Shown in pieces: positions 39,201 through 51,314 of a stretch of DNA of 64,000 bases. The DNA is from Pristiophorus japonicus (lineage: Eukaryota). The stretch is from the NCBI RefSeq assembly GCF_044704955.1, contig NC_091984.1, positions 146,692,001 to 146,756,000 of the forward strand. Reading direction: 5' to 3'. The translations under genes and the position numbers were made by a program. Below the pieces are notes generated by a model that was not told the origin of the DNA, did not search any database, and saw only the letters and a program-made list of their open reading frames with translations. Position 1 is the stretch's first letter, and each line of letters begins with the position of its first letter.

Positions 39201-40995
39201 ATACGTATCACTACTTTGGTACCTTTGAACGTCCCGACGCCAGGTTGAAATAGTGACTCAAATTGCTGTAGGACCTGTGAGCATGAACTTCGCTCCACAG
39301 ATGACATGGTGTGCACATCCCCCCATTTCCAGTTCATCTCAACTAACCAGCTCCTCCCCAACAGTGCGGGACTATTGCCCGGGACAATCCAGAGCAGCAG
39401 CCGGTTCACCGATCCATTGTGTGTGACCGCCAACATTGCACTGCCGAGCACTGGAATGATTTATTTGGTGTACGTCCCTAATTGCGTCTCAATGCATTCT
39501 AGTTTGGGTCTGCTGGTTTTGAGTGGCCACAGATTTTCGAATTGTTGAATGCTCATGAGTGACTGGCTGGCCCCCGTGTCCAGCTCCATGCATACAGGGA
39601 TGCCGTTTAATAGGACTTTCATCATCATAGGTGGCATTTTGGTATATGAGCTGTGAATGTTTGCCACATGAACCCGCTGAACTTCAGCGTCCATTGATTT
39701 GCCCCAAGCGTCATCCTGCCTCGCAGTCCCCTCATCTGGTTCATCCGCCTCGTATATTAGCTCGGTCACAGGCTTTCTGCACATTCTGGCTAAATGGCCA
39801 CTGTGGTTACAATTTCTGCAGACGAATTGTTGAAACCTGCAAGTCCAGGCAGCATGTCTACCCCCACACCTCCGGCATGAACTGAGATTCCATTGTTGTG
39901 AACAAAAGAGCTGTTACACGGCATTCTTCGCTGATTGACCCTTTGACTGCTCTTGAGCACCCTGTTAGTGGGTGTCAATGGCCCCATCCCGGGCCGCATT
40001 GTCCACTGGCGGGGGGTGGGGGCGTAAATGTCCGTTCAGCCTGCCATTGTCTCTGTTGGAGACTTACTCTTGGGTCTATGCTGTCTGGGGTGTCTTGAAC
40101 TGCCCTTGCCTGCCTGCGGGGCTCTGTGACGCATTTATGATATTGACTCCCTGATCCATTGCCACATTGGAGGCAGAATTGCGCATGTATATTATCTTGG
40201 TTTCCTCCTCCCCCGCCATAAAAGTCTGAGCCATCAACCCGCCGCCTCCAAGGTCAAGTCCTCAATTAGCTTTCTGAAAATCCCAGCATGACCGATGCCC
40301 TCAATAAAGAAATCCCTTAGCATCTCCCCACTGCAGGCATCTGTGAACTTACAGAGGCTGGCAAGCGCCGGAGGTCCGCAACGAAATCTGGTATGCTCTG
40401 TCCTTCACAACGTCGGTGGGTATAGAATCTGTGTCAGGCCATGTGTATGTTGCTCACCAGTTCGAGGTGCTCACCGATTAGTTTGCTGATTTTATGGTCT
40501 TCTATGGTTTTGTCCGCCGGCTTCTCGGGTGCTCGCAGGTCTTTCATGAGCGCGTAAGTCTTCGATCCACAGCTGGTCAGCAGATGAGCCCTTCACTTGT
40601 CGGCCACTGCGTCTCCCAGCCAGTCATTCGTGATAAAACTCTGCTGGAGCCTCTCAGTGAAATCGTCCCAATCCTCACAAACACAGTACCGTTCATCTAT
40701 GCTGGTGGTGGCCATTCTCGTGGGACGTTGATTCCCGTTTCTCGTCGCCAATGTAAAATCCTTACACAATACCACAAATCCACATGAGGCACATTCTATG
40801 GACAAGGTCACTCCATGACCTGACCCTTTATTCACAGGACCAAGAAGTGATGACCCTGTGTGGGACCTCCCATCATATATCTGGATGACCAGGTGAGGAG
40901 TGTCTCCCACAAGTTCACCCCCTGTGGTCAAGGTGTGCATTTCTTTCATATATACAGTATTGCAGTGTTGTTACATAAAGGTTACATACATGACA
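36268..40995 (-). mobile_element. Mag-like Ty3/Gypsy LTR retrotransposon 2 (full length, degenerate)
   Basis: LTRs 36268-36510 and 40752-40995 (TG..CA). 5-bp TSD TAACC. PBS TGGCGACGAG (tRNA-Ser GCT-type). PPT at 36511. Protease LDTGAS, RT FQDD in the 482-aa ORF 37544-38992, IN 36977-37507. Confidence 0.96.
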
Positions 40996-41305
40996 TAACC
41001 CGTGCTGTACCTGCCCTGGGAGTGTTTGATGGGATAGTGTAGAGGGAGCTTTGCACTGTATCGAACCAGTGCTGTACCTGCCCTGGGAATGTTTGATGGA
41101 ATAGTGTAGAGGGAGCTTTACTCTGTATCTAATCCGTGCTGTACCTGCCCTTGGAGTGTTTGATGGGACAGTGTAGAGGAAGCTTTACTCTGTATCTAAC
41201 CCGTGCTGTATCTGCCCTGGGAGTGTTTGATGGGACAGGGTCGAGGGAGCTTTACTCTGCATCTAACCCGTGCTGTACCTGCCCTGGGAGGGTTTGATGG
41301 GACAA
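40996..41305 (+). repeat. 67-bp tandem repeat (about 4.5 copies)
   Basis: Unit CCGTGCTGTACCTGCCCTGGGAGTGTTTGATGGGACAGTGTAGAGGGAGCTTTACTCTGTATCTAAC. Only about 1 unit at the paralogous site 22355-22422. Confidence 0.92.
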
Positions 41306-42106
41306 TGTTGACTCGTGCTGCCAAGTAAAACCTCTCGAAGATGCTGAAGACTGTCAGCAGAGTAAAACTAATGTTAAACTGCGAAGTGCCGCTTCAGTAA
41401 GCAGACCCTCTCCCTGCTCACCCAGCTGTTACAATTCAAGGTTTTGATCCCGTTTGAAGGGACAGGATTCTCACGGTGTGGAGAAAGTCCCCACAACTGT
41501 TTTAATAAAGCTACATTCCCCTGTGAATGTCTCCAGCTCCCTCTCGCTGGGCTGTTTATTCAAGTCTTGTTTCTGTAAATGTGAATCTGTAAAAGGCAAT
41601 AAATGTGAAGAATATTCAGTCTGTGCCTGGCGAGTGCTTTGGAAATGTCCCACCTCCCCCTCAGCTGGATTGGCTGTATCTAAGGGTCTATCCTGATTGT
41701 CTGGGTGGGCTGTCAATCAATGTCACATCAGCAGGAGATTTTATTCAAAGCCAATTATCAATCATTTTAAAACGATCAAATTGACCTCGAGCCCCTGGAG
41801 TGCACAAGATTAAACACAGAGACACTAAAAGCTGCTGGGATTAAACCCTCCCAGTCTGAGCATTGGCTCTCACTCTGCACACTGGGGGTGTTGGGGCAGC
41901 CCCCGATGGTGGTATCGCACTGTGCACTCTGTGCTGTCTGCTGGGGGCAATCTGGGGGCAGGAGGCCACAGTCACAAAGTTGCATTCTCTCTCCTTAACG
42001 TGTGGCTCGTGGCAGCAGCACAAAACTGTACCGAGTAAGGCCTCAGCTTAGGGAGAGGAGCAGTCAGTGTATCACTGTGTACAATTCCCTGAGTGTTCGT
42101 GTGGCT

Positions 42107-42387
42107 NNNNNNNNNNNNNNNNNNNNNNNNNNNNNNNNNNNNNNNNNNNNNNNNNNNNNNNNNNNNNNNNNNNNNNNNNNNNNNNNNNNNNNNNNNNNNN
42201 NNNNNNNNNNNNNNNNNNNNNNNNNNNNNNNNNNNNNNNNNNNNNNNNNNNNNNNNNNNNNNNNNNNNNNNNNNNNNNNNNNNNNNNNNNNNNNNNNNNN
42301 NNNNNNNNNNNNNNNNNNNNNNNNNNNNNNNNNNNNNNNNNNNNNNNNNNNNNNNNNNNNNNNNNNNNNNNNNNNNNNNNNNNNNNN
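42107..42387. other. Assembly gap (N run) next to a (GT)n microsatellite
   Basis: Run of N. Confidence 1.
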
Positions 42388-42843
42388 TGTAGGTGTGTGT
42401 GTATTTGTGTGTGTGTGTGTGACTGTTACCCAGCACCGTCTGTAGGTATGTGTGTGTGTGTTTGTGTGAGCTCCAGCTCCTGGGGGCGTGGTGGAGGGTC
42501 GGTAGGGGAGTGGGGGCAGGGTGATCGGGGCCTGAACTTGTGTGGAACAGGGGGACTGAGGCAATCGGGAGGGTCCCTGGAAGGACAGGGCATCCGGGGA
42601 GACCAGCGTGGTCGAGGACTGAGAGCGGGAGGTCGCGGAGTGGAGGGGTCTCAGGGGACCAGGCTGGGGGGTGGCGGTCGGGGAGGGGGCTCGTGGACCA
42701 GGGGACCAGCCAGTCACCACTCTGCACACACTCTGCTCTCTCTGTGTCTCAGTCCAGTGTTGCATTGAGGAGTTCAGGATCTGAGGCTCAGGCTGGTTCT
42801 CCGGCACCATCTGCGCCCTGTTGGGTAAGGGTATTAAGGGTTA

Positions 42844-45510
42844 AGAACATAAGAAATTGGAGCAGGAGTAGGCCACCTGGCCCCTCGAGTCTGCTCCGCC
42901 ATTTAAAAGATCATGGCTGATCTGATCATGGACTCAGCTCCACTTCCCTGCCCACTCCCCATAACCCTTTATTCCCTTATGGCTCAAAAATCTGTCCATC
43001 TCCACATTAAATATAATCAATGATCCAGCCTCCACAGCTCTCTGGGGCAGAGAATTCCACAGATTTACAAGCCTCCGAGAGAAGAAATTCCTCCTCAACT
43101 GACTTTTAAATGGGCGGCCCCTTATTCTGAGACTATGACCCCTAGTACTAGTTTCCCTTATGAGTGGAAATATCCTCAGTGCATCCACCTTGTTGCCCCC
43201 TCATTATCTTATATGTTTCGATAAAATCACCTCTCATTCTTCTGAATTCCAATGATTATAGGCCTAACCTACTCAACCTATCCTCATAAGTCAACCCCCT
43301 CATCTCCAGAATCAACCTAGGGAACCTTCTCTGAACTGCCTCCAAAGCAAGTCTATCCTTTCTTAAGTATGGTGACCAAAACTGTACGCAGTACTCCAGG
43401 TGTGTCCTCACCAATACCCTGTACAGTTGTAGCAGGATTTCTCTGCTTTTATACTCTATCCCCCTTGCTATAAAGGCCAACATTCCATTTGCCTTCCTGA
43501 TTATTGCTTTACCCACATACTAACTTTTTGTGTTTCATGCACAAGGTCCCTCTGTACTGCAGCAGGTTGCAATCTTTCTCCATTTGAAAATGAATTTGCT
43601 TTTCTATTCTTTCTGCCAAAGTGGAAAGCCTCACATTTTCCCACATTATACTCCACCTGCCAAATGTTTTCCCATTCACTTAGCTGGTCTATATCCCTTT
43701 ACAGGCTATTTGTGTCCTCCTCACAATTTACTTTCCCACCCATCTTTGTATTATAGTGCGATTGTTTTTCAATCTACTCTCATTCTTAGAAATTGACTGA
43801 AGACATACAATCGCCCTCCCTGCTGTAGCTATTGTAGGTTCGTGGTCATTGGTTCTGTGCCCGGTTGGTTCTTCTTCTGGCCTTTCTCTGCATTGCTGTT
43901 CCCTCCGTTTATACCACGTCCTTCCATCTGTTCGTCTGTTTGTTCTTTTGACCTATGTCCATCTGTACATGTGTCCTTCTACTTCTTCTGTGTGCTTCTT
44001 CTTCCATCTGTTCCTTTCCTTCATCCATCTTCTGCAGAGCTGCTTCTAGCTCGCATATTTATATCCAGGTTATGACTGATCTCCCGCCACTGCAGTTTCT
44101 GATAAAGTATTTACATAGATACATTTTATTGTGATCCCCTTGGTTGATTGACTGCAATAATGGACTCATCTGTTTTCCCATTTGCACACTGAGTCTGCAA
44201 CGCTCAAGTTGATTTCTCATCTTAACACCTCATCACAAAAAATGTTCACCTAATGTGATTCCTTTGTTGTCCAGTCTTTTTACAGATTTGGTGTCTTCAG
44301 TGAGCTTGGTTTTCCCCACTCTGGTCAATCAAGTTCAGGGCCTCATGTAACAATTCCATTCTTGTTATGCATGAAGTCAGTTTTGGTCCCTGACCAAGAA
44401 TGTCCTCAGTTGTCCAGCTTCATTCCAAAAGCTTGTATTAAATTCCAAAAGCTAATATAAATCTTTAGTTCATCGTCTCCTTCTGTGCTTTTCTGAAGAT
44501 TAGTAACCTTGCATTCCCTCCTTTAATGTTTCGTAAATATAAAACTAGAGACATTACTTGGGGAGTTCTTTTTTCATGAGCTCTTTTTGGGTGTATTGCA
44601 GTCTCAGTCAAAAACTCCAGATTTCATCCTATTTTTACTTCAAAAAACAGTACTTTTTCCCGACAAACCAACAGTTTTACAACAAAAATATTTGGCCTTG
44701 ATCTGACTTCAGTTTTATATACAAACACTTTGGCTTTGGTTCATCTGAACAACCCTTTAAGATTCCCTCCCTTTGTATTCAGTTTTAACTTACAGGATAA
44801 GATAAATAGTTACACCACTATAACCAACGATACAATGGCTAGTGCGTGAGACACGATTCGAACCCAGGGGAGAATCTGAATATTGAATCCCAAATCCCAT
44901 TTTGGATGGGCCATACTTCCTCAATTTCCTCCCTTACTTTTTCATTTGTTTGGTGTAATGTTTAATAGTGTTTGTTGGATAGCTCAATATCCTTCTTTGT
45001 ATCATCAGCAAATTTGGCCACATTACACTCGGTCCCTTCATTTAAGTCATTAATATGGAATGTAAATCGATGAGGCCCCAGCACCGATCCATGCGGCACT
45101 CCACTAGTTACCATTTGCCAACGGGAAAATGACCCATTTATCCCAACTCCCTGTTTTCTGTTAGTTAGCAAATTCTCCATCCATGTTAATATATTACCCC
45201 CAACCCCGTGAACTTTTATCTTGTGCCTTTTATGTAGCACCATATCGAATGACTTCTGGAAATCCAAATACACCACATCCACTGGTTCCCCTTTATCCAC
45301 CCTGCTCGTTACATCCTTAAAGAATTCCAGCAAATTTGTCAAGCATAAAACCATGCTGACTCTGCTTGATTGAACAATGCTTTTCCAAATGTCCTGCTAC
45401 TGCTTCCTTAATAATGGACTCCAGCATTTTCCCAACGACAGATGTTAGGCTAACTGGTCTATCGTTTCCTGTCTCCCTCCTTTTTTAAATAGGGGCGTTA
45501 CATTTGCTGT
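42844..45510 (-). mobile_element. CR1 LINE (3' half) split by the retrovirus C fragment
   Basis: RT and C-terminal motifs at 42934-43740 and 44994-45510. Confidence 0.88.
43752..44993 (-). mobile_element. Retrovirus C fragment, longer copy (env end, PPT, partial LTR from 44513)
   Basis: Inverted paralogue of 20646-21527. Flanked by a TCTTTGTAT direct repeat. Confidence 0.8.
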
Positions 45511-46184
45511 GCGTGCTTTGGAGAGGGTGTTAAAAGGAGCGGCGACATCCAGAATACCAGATTTTGCCAAATTCAACAACAACAACCTGTATTTATATAG
45601 CGCCTTTAACGGAGTGAAACGTCCCAAGGCACTTCCCAGGAGTATTATGAGATACAAAATTTGACACCGAGTCACATAAGAAGAAATTAGTGTCGGTGAC
45701 CAAAGAGGTATATTTTAAGGATCACCTTGAAGGAGGAAAGAGAGGTAGAGAGGCGGAGAGGTTTAGGGAGAGAGTTCCAGAGCTTGGGGTCTCGGCAACA
45801 GAAGCCCTGCCACCAATGGTTGAGCAATTATAATCAGGGATGCTCAGGAGGGCAGAATTGGAGGAGCGCAGACATCTCGGGGGGTTGTGGGGCTGGAGGA
45901 GATTACAGAGATAGGGAGGGGCAAGGCCATGGAGGGATTTGAAAACAAGGATGAGATTTTTTTAAATTGAGGCATTTCTGAACTGGAAGCCGATGTCAGT
46001 CTCTACCCTCCCCCCACCGAGCCATTCTCCCCACCCCCACCTCGAGCCGCTCCCCCGCCTCCCTCCCTCACTCCCGCCCTCCTCACACCACATCCCTCAG
46101 CCTCCCCATTCGGCCCCTTGAGCCTGCTCCGCCATTCAATGAGATCATGGCTGATCTTCTACCTCAACTCCACTTTCCTGCACT

Positions 46185-46644
46185 GACCTATCAAGAAAGA
46201 TTGGATCAACTGGGCTTGTATTCACTGGAGTTCAGAAGAATGAGAGGGGACCTCATAGAAACGTTTAAAATTCTGACGGGTTTAGACAGGTTAGATGCAG
46301 AAAGAATGTTCCCAATGTTGGGGAAGTCCAGAACCAGGGGTCACAGTCTGAGGATAAGGGGTAAGCCATTTAGGACTGAGATGAGGAGAAACTTCTTCAC
46401 CCAGAGAGTGGTGAACCTGTGGAATTCTCTACCACAGAAAGTAGTTGAGGCCAATTCACTAAATATATTCAAAAGGGAGTTAGATGAAGTCCTTACTACT
46501 CAGGGGATCAAGGGTTATGGCGAGAAAGCAGGAAGGGGGTACTGAAGTTTCATGTTCAGCCATGAACTCATTGAATGGCGGTGCAGGCTAGAAGGGCTGA
46601 ATGGCCTGCTCCTGCACCTATTTTCTATGTTTCTATGTTTCTAT
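46185..46644 (+). mobile_element. Short 5'-truncated CR1 insertion, younger than the duplication
   Basis: Absent from the paralogues at about 19325 and about 24540. (TTTCTATG)n tail. Highly similar to 62374-62835. Confidence 0.9.
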
Positions 46645-46717
46645 GTCCCCATATCCCTCGATTCCCTTAATATCCAAAAATCTATCGATCTCTGTCTTGA
46701 AAATAATCAAAGACTGA

Positions 46718-49295
46718 GGAGTCAACTTTCTGCTCGTGTCGCTCCTTTTCTTTGGAGCAACTGGTTCAGAATGGAATATCTTAGAAATTGCAATTCTCGG
46801 CATTTAATTTGCTCTAGTTCCAGTGAGTTAGAACAGTTTCATTTTGGAACAGATTTTTTTTTCAAAAGGGGGCATGTCTGGCCACTTACGCCTATTTTGA
46901 AAGTTTAGGCAGCGAAAATTTACTCCAAACTAACTTAGAATGGAGCAAGTGTAGATTTTTGTACGCTCAGAAAAACCTTGTCTACACTTTAGAAATTAGG
47001 CGTAGGTTACAAATCAGGCTTAGGGAATGGGGGGGGGGGGGAGGGGGGAAGTAATTAAATTCTACAAGCATTCAACAGTCTTACTGAGACAAATAAAGAG
47101 CCAGCTCGAATAAAAAATTATAAACAAAGCAAATACAAAATATTAAATATTCCTACCTGTGTGAAGTAGCAGCAGCCTTCGAGCTGCGGTGCTTCAGGCA
47201 GGCCTTCCTTCCATGTTGGAGACAGGGGTGGCGGCAGTGGCTGACGGCAGCGGAAGACACAGGAAGCAGCCTTCGAGCTGCGAGGGTAACTGAGGCTATT
47301 CGGCCAGGGGACAGGGTAGGCGTGCAAAGCACCGGGAGGGAGAGGCAGCCAGCTAGCCAGTTTGAAACTTACATTTGTAATTGCAGAATGGGTGCTGCAT
47401 TGTCAACACCACGGATTATGCAATGGTTCGCCAGCAATTCACTGCATAGGAGAGAACTGATTAGAGCTCACCGCACCAGGAACGTCATAGCCCGTAGGCT
47501 GATGTGCAGGAGACCGTACCCACATCGGCAATATCGAGCCAAGCGCTCGTACCTGGACATGAGCGAGGCTGATTGTGTTAAAAGGCTGCGTTTCCACAGA
47601 GAAGTTGTTGTTGAGATCTGTGATATGCTGAGAGCAGATTTGCATCCCAGAAGCAGAACACCAACTGCCTTGTCAGTTGAAGTGAAGGGAGCAGCTGCAC
47701 TTGCCTTCTATGCCTCGGGATCGTTTCAGGCTACAACTAGAGATGTGTGCGCCATCTCTCAACGTGCAATACATGCCTGCGTTTACCAGGTCACGGCTGT
47801 ACTGTATGCGCAGACGAATGACTTCATCAATTTCCCAATGACCACACAAGCGATCCATGAGGGCTGTGGCCTTCTCCAGGATTGCTGGCTTCCCAAAGTT
47901 ACAGGGCTGCATTGATTGTACCCACATCGCCTTGCGAGAACCTGTGGAGGATTCTGAACAGTTCAGGAATAGAAAAGGTTTCCACTCCATCAATGTGCAG
48001 CTTGTGTGTGACGACAAGCAGTGTACCATGTCAGTCGATGCGAGATACCCTGACAGCACAGATGATGCCTTCATCCTACGCGACAGCATTATATCTGACA
48101 TGTTTGAGCAGCAACCAGAAGGGCAGAGCTGGCTACTGGGAGACAAAGTGTACGGCCTGGCCACCTGGCTCATGAAGCCCCTACACGTGACACGGACGGA
48201 AGCTGACTGTCAATACAACATGGCGCACATTGCGACACGCAGCATCATTGAGAGGACCATTGGCATATTGAAACAGCGTTTCCGATGCCTGGACCATTCC
48301 GGAGGCCACTTGCAATACTCTCCTCAGATTGTCGGTCACTTCACTGTTGTGTGCTGCATGCTCCATAACTTAGCCATCATGAGGCAGCAGGAGCTGGTAG
48401 TGGAACCAGAAGATCCACATGAGGAGCCAGTGCCTGATGATAGTAATTTGGAAGAGCAGGATGAGGATGATGACGATGATCAGGAAAGCATGCAAGTGCC
48501 TGATGCCGGAGCACGAGGTCGGAGGAGGGCCGTCCATCGTGCTCCTTTAACAATTGCTCGAGCCCTGCGCCACCAGCTCATCCGTGAACGCTTCAATTAC
48601 TGATGCCTGAGGGTTCTGCGACAACTGTTGCGCATGGACATGTTTATTCTTTGCAGTTGTTCCTATGTTGTGTTGTGTTAATGGAACATGATTCAGTTTT
48701 AATGAAAAAATATTTTATTGAAAAGTTAACGTCACTGTAATAAAATATTTGTTGTATCAAACTTTACTTTTTAATATTACTCTTGAAGATCACTTAAAAA
48801 CTTTAAGGTCACTTATAAACTTGTAAAGTTACAAAGCAATTTCAACGTGAAAAATCTTACATTCTTAAGATCACTTCAAGATCACTTTTTAGGTGCAAAA
48901 TTAAATAAGTTACAAAAAGTGCGAGCATTTACACTATAAGATCACTTAAAAACCCTAAGATCACTTATAAGTTGTAAAGTTACAAAAGTTACAAAACAAT
49001 TTCAATGCTACAGCTACATCAAGAACAAGAACAAAAGCAGCAAAGGAAGGCTGTAACCATCTCTCCTCCACATCTCAGTGAATGTTCACTTCTTCATGGA
49101 AGTGTCATTTGATTGGCGGGGCTGTGTGCCCTTATTGCAGCAGCTACCTCCATGAGGGCCTGTGCCGTCACTTGCATGCCCTCTCTGACGGCCTGTGCCA
49201 TCGATTGCACCCCCTTGGACATTCCCTCCCTAAGTTCCCGTGTCATTACTGCTATTTCTCCCGTCACGACCGTCGCCTCTTCACCCACTGCACTG
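46718..49295. mobile_element. Harbinger transposon copy 2 (inverted paralogue, cut by retrovirus B)
   Basis: TIR GGAGTCAACTTTC after TGA in the same CR1 site as copy 1. Myb gene 3' end at 49094-49295. Confidence 0.92.
47388..48603 (+). pseudogene. Harbinger transposase, one frameshift near 47860
   Basis: IDCTH, NRKGFHSINVQLVCD, LLGD, IERTIGILKQRFRCL, CCMLHN. Confidence 0.93.
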
Positions 49296-50823
49296 TGTAG
49301 GGGGTTTTTGCTCTGTCCAATTACGGGGGTCTTTGGTGGCTGTTGGTGTATTGGGCCTCTCTGTCCCTTCTAGGGGATGTCCCGCAGCTTAGGGCTGGCT
49401 GACCACTAAACTGGCGGTTTCGAAGCACCCTAGCACCCCTATCTGGTTCTAAGCTCAGAACTTTTAGTGGATTATGAGCTTCCACAAGGGAAAACAAAAC
49501 ACTCAGAGACAAGTGGTCCTTGGAACAAAAAAAACGGTTAAGTCCAATTTATTAACCACGCTAAGTTTCCAACAAGGTCAAACTTCATCGAAACACATAT
49601 CTGATACACACTTATAAACTGTGAAAATCTTTGGGAAGAAACGGACACAACGAAAACCTTACACAATTTTATCTTTACAAGACAGTTCTAACATCACCCC
49701 CACCCCCCTTTGTACCTGACTGACCTAGGCTGACAGTTGGGAAAAGAAACCCCAGGATAATACTTATGATCCCTTTTGACAGTTATCTTTTTAGCCTTAG
49801 GATGGTTGGTTTAAGGGGTAGCCGGAGTGAATGTTGCCTCTCCCAGTTACTTCGGTCTCCGATTCTTCAACTGGTTGGCCTCGGAGCGTTGTTCGGTGTG
49901 CGGCTCGACTTCTTGAGACGATGTTGGGCCTCTCGGTAGTTGGGTTCTATATTCTGCACACAAGTCGAGTCCAGGGCCCGTACGAGGGTATGTTTCACAG
50001 CCGGTAACAGTCTGTCTCCGTCCTCTCTCGGTTTCTGTCTTGTTGCTCCTCGACTCCTTCTCCGACTGCCCCAGCTGCTTTCTCTCTGTTGTTTGTCTGT
50101 GGTTCTATAGGTCCTACTCCTCCAGCTACTTTTCCTACTATATTCAAACTGGGCCCGGTCGTGCCTATTGGTTGAGGATTTCCCCGCTTCAGGCCCGACT
50201 TGACCCTTGATTGGCCTGCCAGAATGCACTTTTCCCCCATTGGCCAGTGCCTCTGTCTCACTTTTGAGCTAGACTCCACAATGTAATCAGAAGATGTCAC
50301 AGGTAGGTGTGAGGATCGGGGTATTGTTTCAGTGCACATTGGTGCCTCAACATCTGTTGGTCTATTGTAACGTCCCGGGAGTCAATTACCACAGTGATCT
50401 CCAGACTATTGTCCATTGTCCATATTAATTAGGTAGATAATGGTCCACATTCATAATTTGATTATGGGTGAGTCATATTTTCAAACTGGGCCGGGTAGTC
50501 CATTGGTTGAGGATTTTCCCGCTTCAGGCCGGACTCGACCCCTGATTGGCCTGCAGAAGGCACTTTTCCCCCATTGACCAGTGCCTCTGTCTCGCTTTTG
50601 AGCTAGACTCCACAATGTCTGTATCCGCCCACACGTTTCCCAGCCTGCCTGGTTTGAGGGTTTGACTTGGCCAAAAATGTAAATTTAAAATACATTGAGT
50701 TAAAACAACAGTGCACTACTTGGCCAAAAATGTTCATTTTAAAATGTATAGGATGATCCCTTTTAGTTTACTTGTCGTTAGGGTGTTCCAATAAAATGCG
50801 GCCGTGGATTTTCGAACCTTACA
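49296..50823 (-). mobile_element. 3' LTR (1528 bp) of retrovirus B
   Basis: PPT GATGGGGGAG, then TGTAAG..CTACA. The end abuts Harbinger sequence exactly. Internal ~140-bp duplication (50143-50284, 50480-50618) with several CCAAT boxes. Confidence 0.9.
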
Positions 50824-51314
50824 CTCCCCCATCTTGACACACCCGGATATAGACGGAATGTGTCAAAAGGTTTGCAAGAAAATCCTAGAGCTCCCCAAGT
50901 GTCAGCCATCCCCATAATTACTCTAAACTATAGACTCGCATAAACCAATACGTACAAACAATATTTCTATCCATAATTGGTGCACTACTCACGCTCCTTT
51001 ACAGGTAAACTACGAACAAGGCACCATTTTTGCTTTTAATTACAGAGTTAAGTACATAATTATGGCACATCATGTCGCGTGTTCCTTGCGTTCCTTGAAA
51101 GATTATTCCGCCATCACAGCATATTGAACAGATGTATTTACACTGTGCAAATGTCTATCTGTGCTAACTAAGTCCTTATTGTGTCCTGTCATGGATAGTT
51201 TTAACAGCTTACATAGTCGACAGTGCCAGTCTGTTTCCAGGTACGAGTGTTACGGTAAACCAGAATGTTCCCTTTTGTTTAAACCACCTGGAAACAAAAT
51301 GGAATTCTAGTGTG

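Noticed and set aside
41972-42810. Long ORFs of 147-251 aa
   Set aside because: Artefacts of the N gap and the GT microsatellite.
47388-48603. Domesticated HARBI1 host gene
   Set aside because: Lies within a TIR/TSD-bounded element, is frameshifted and has altered conserved motifs.
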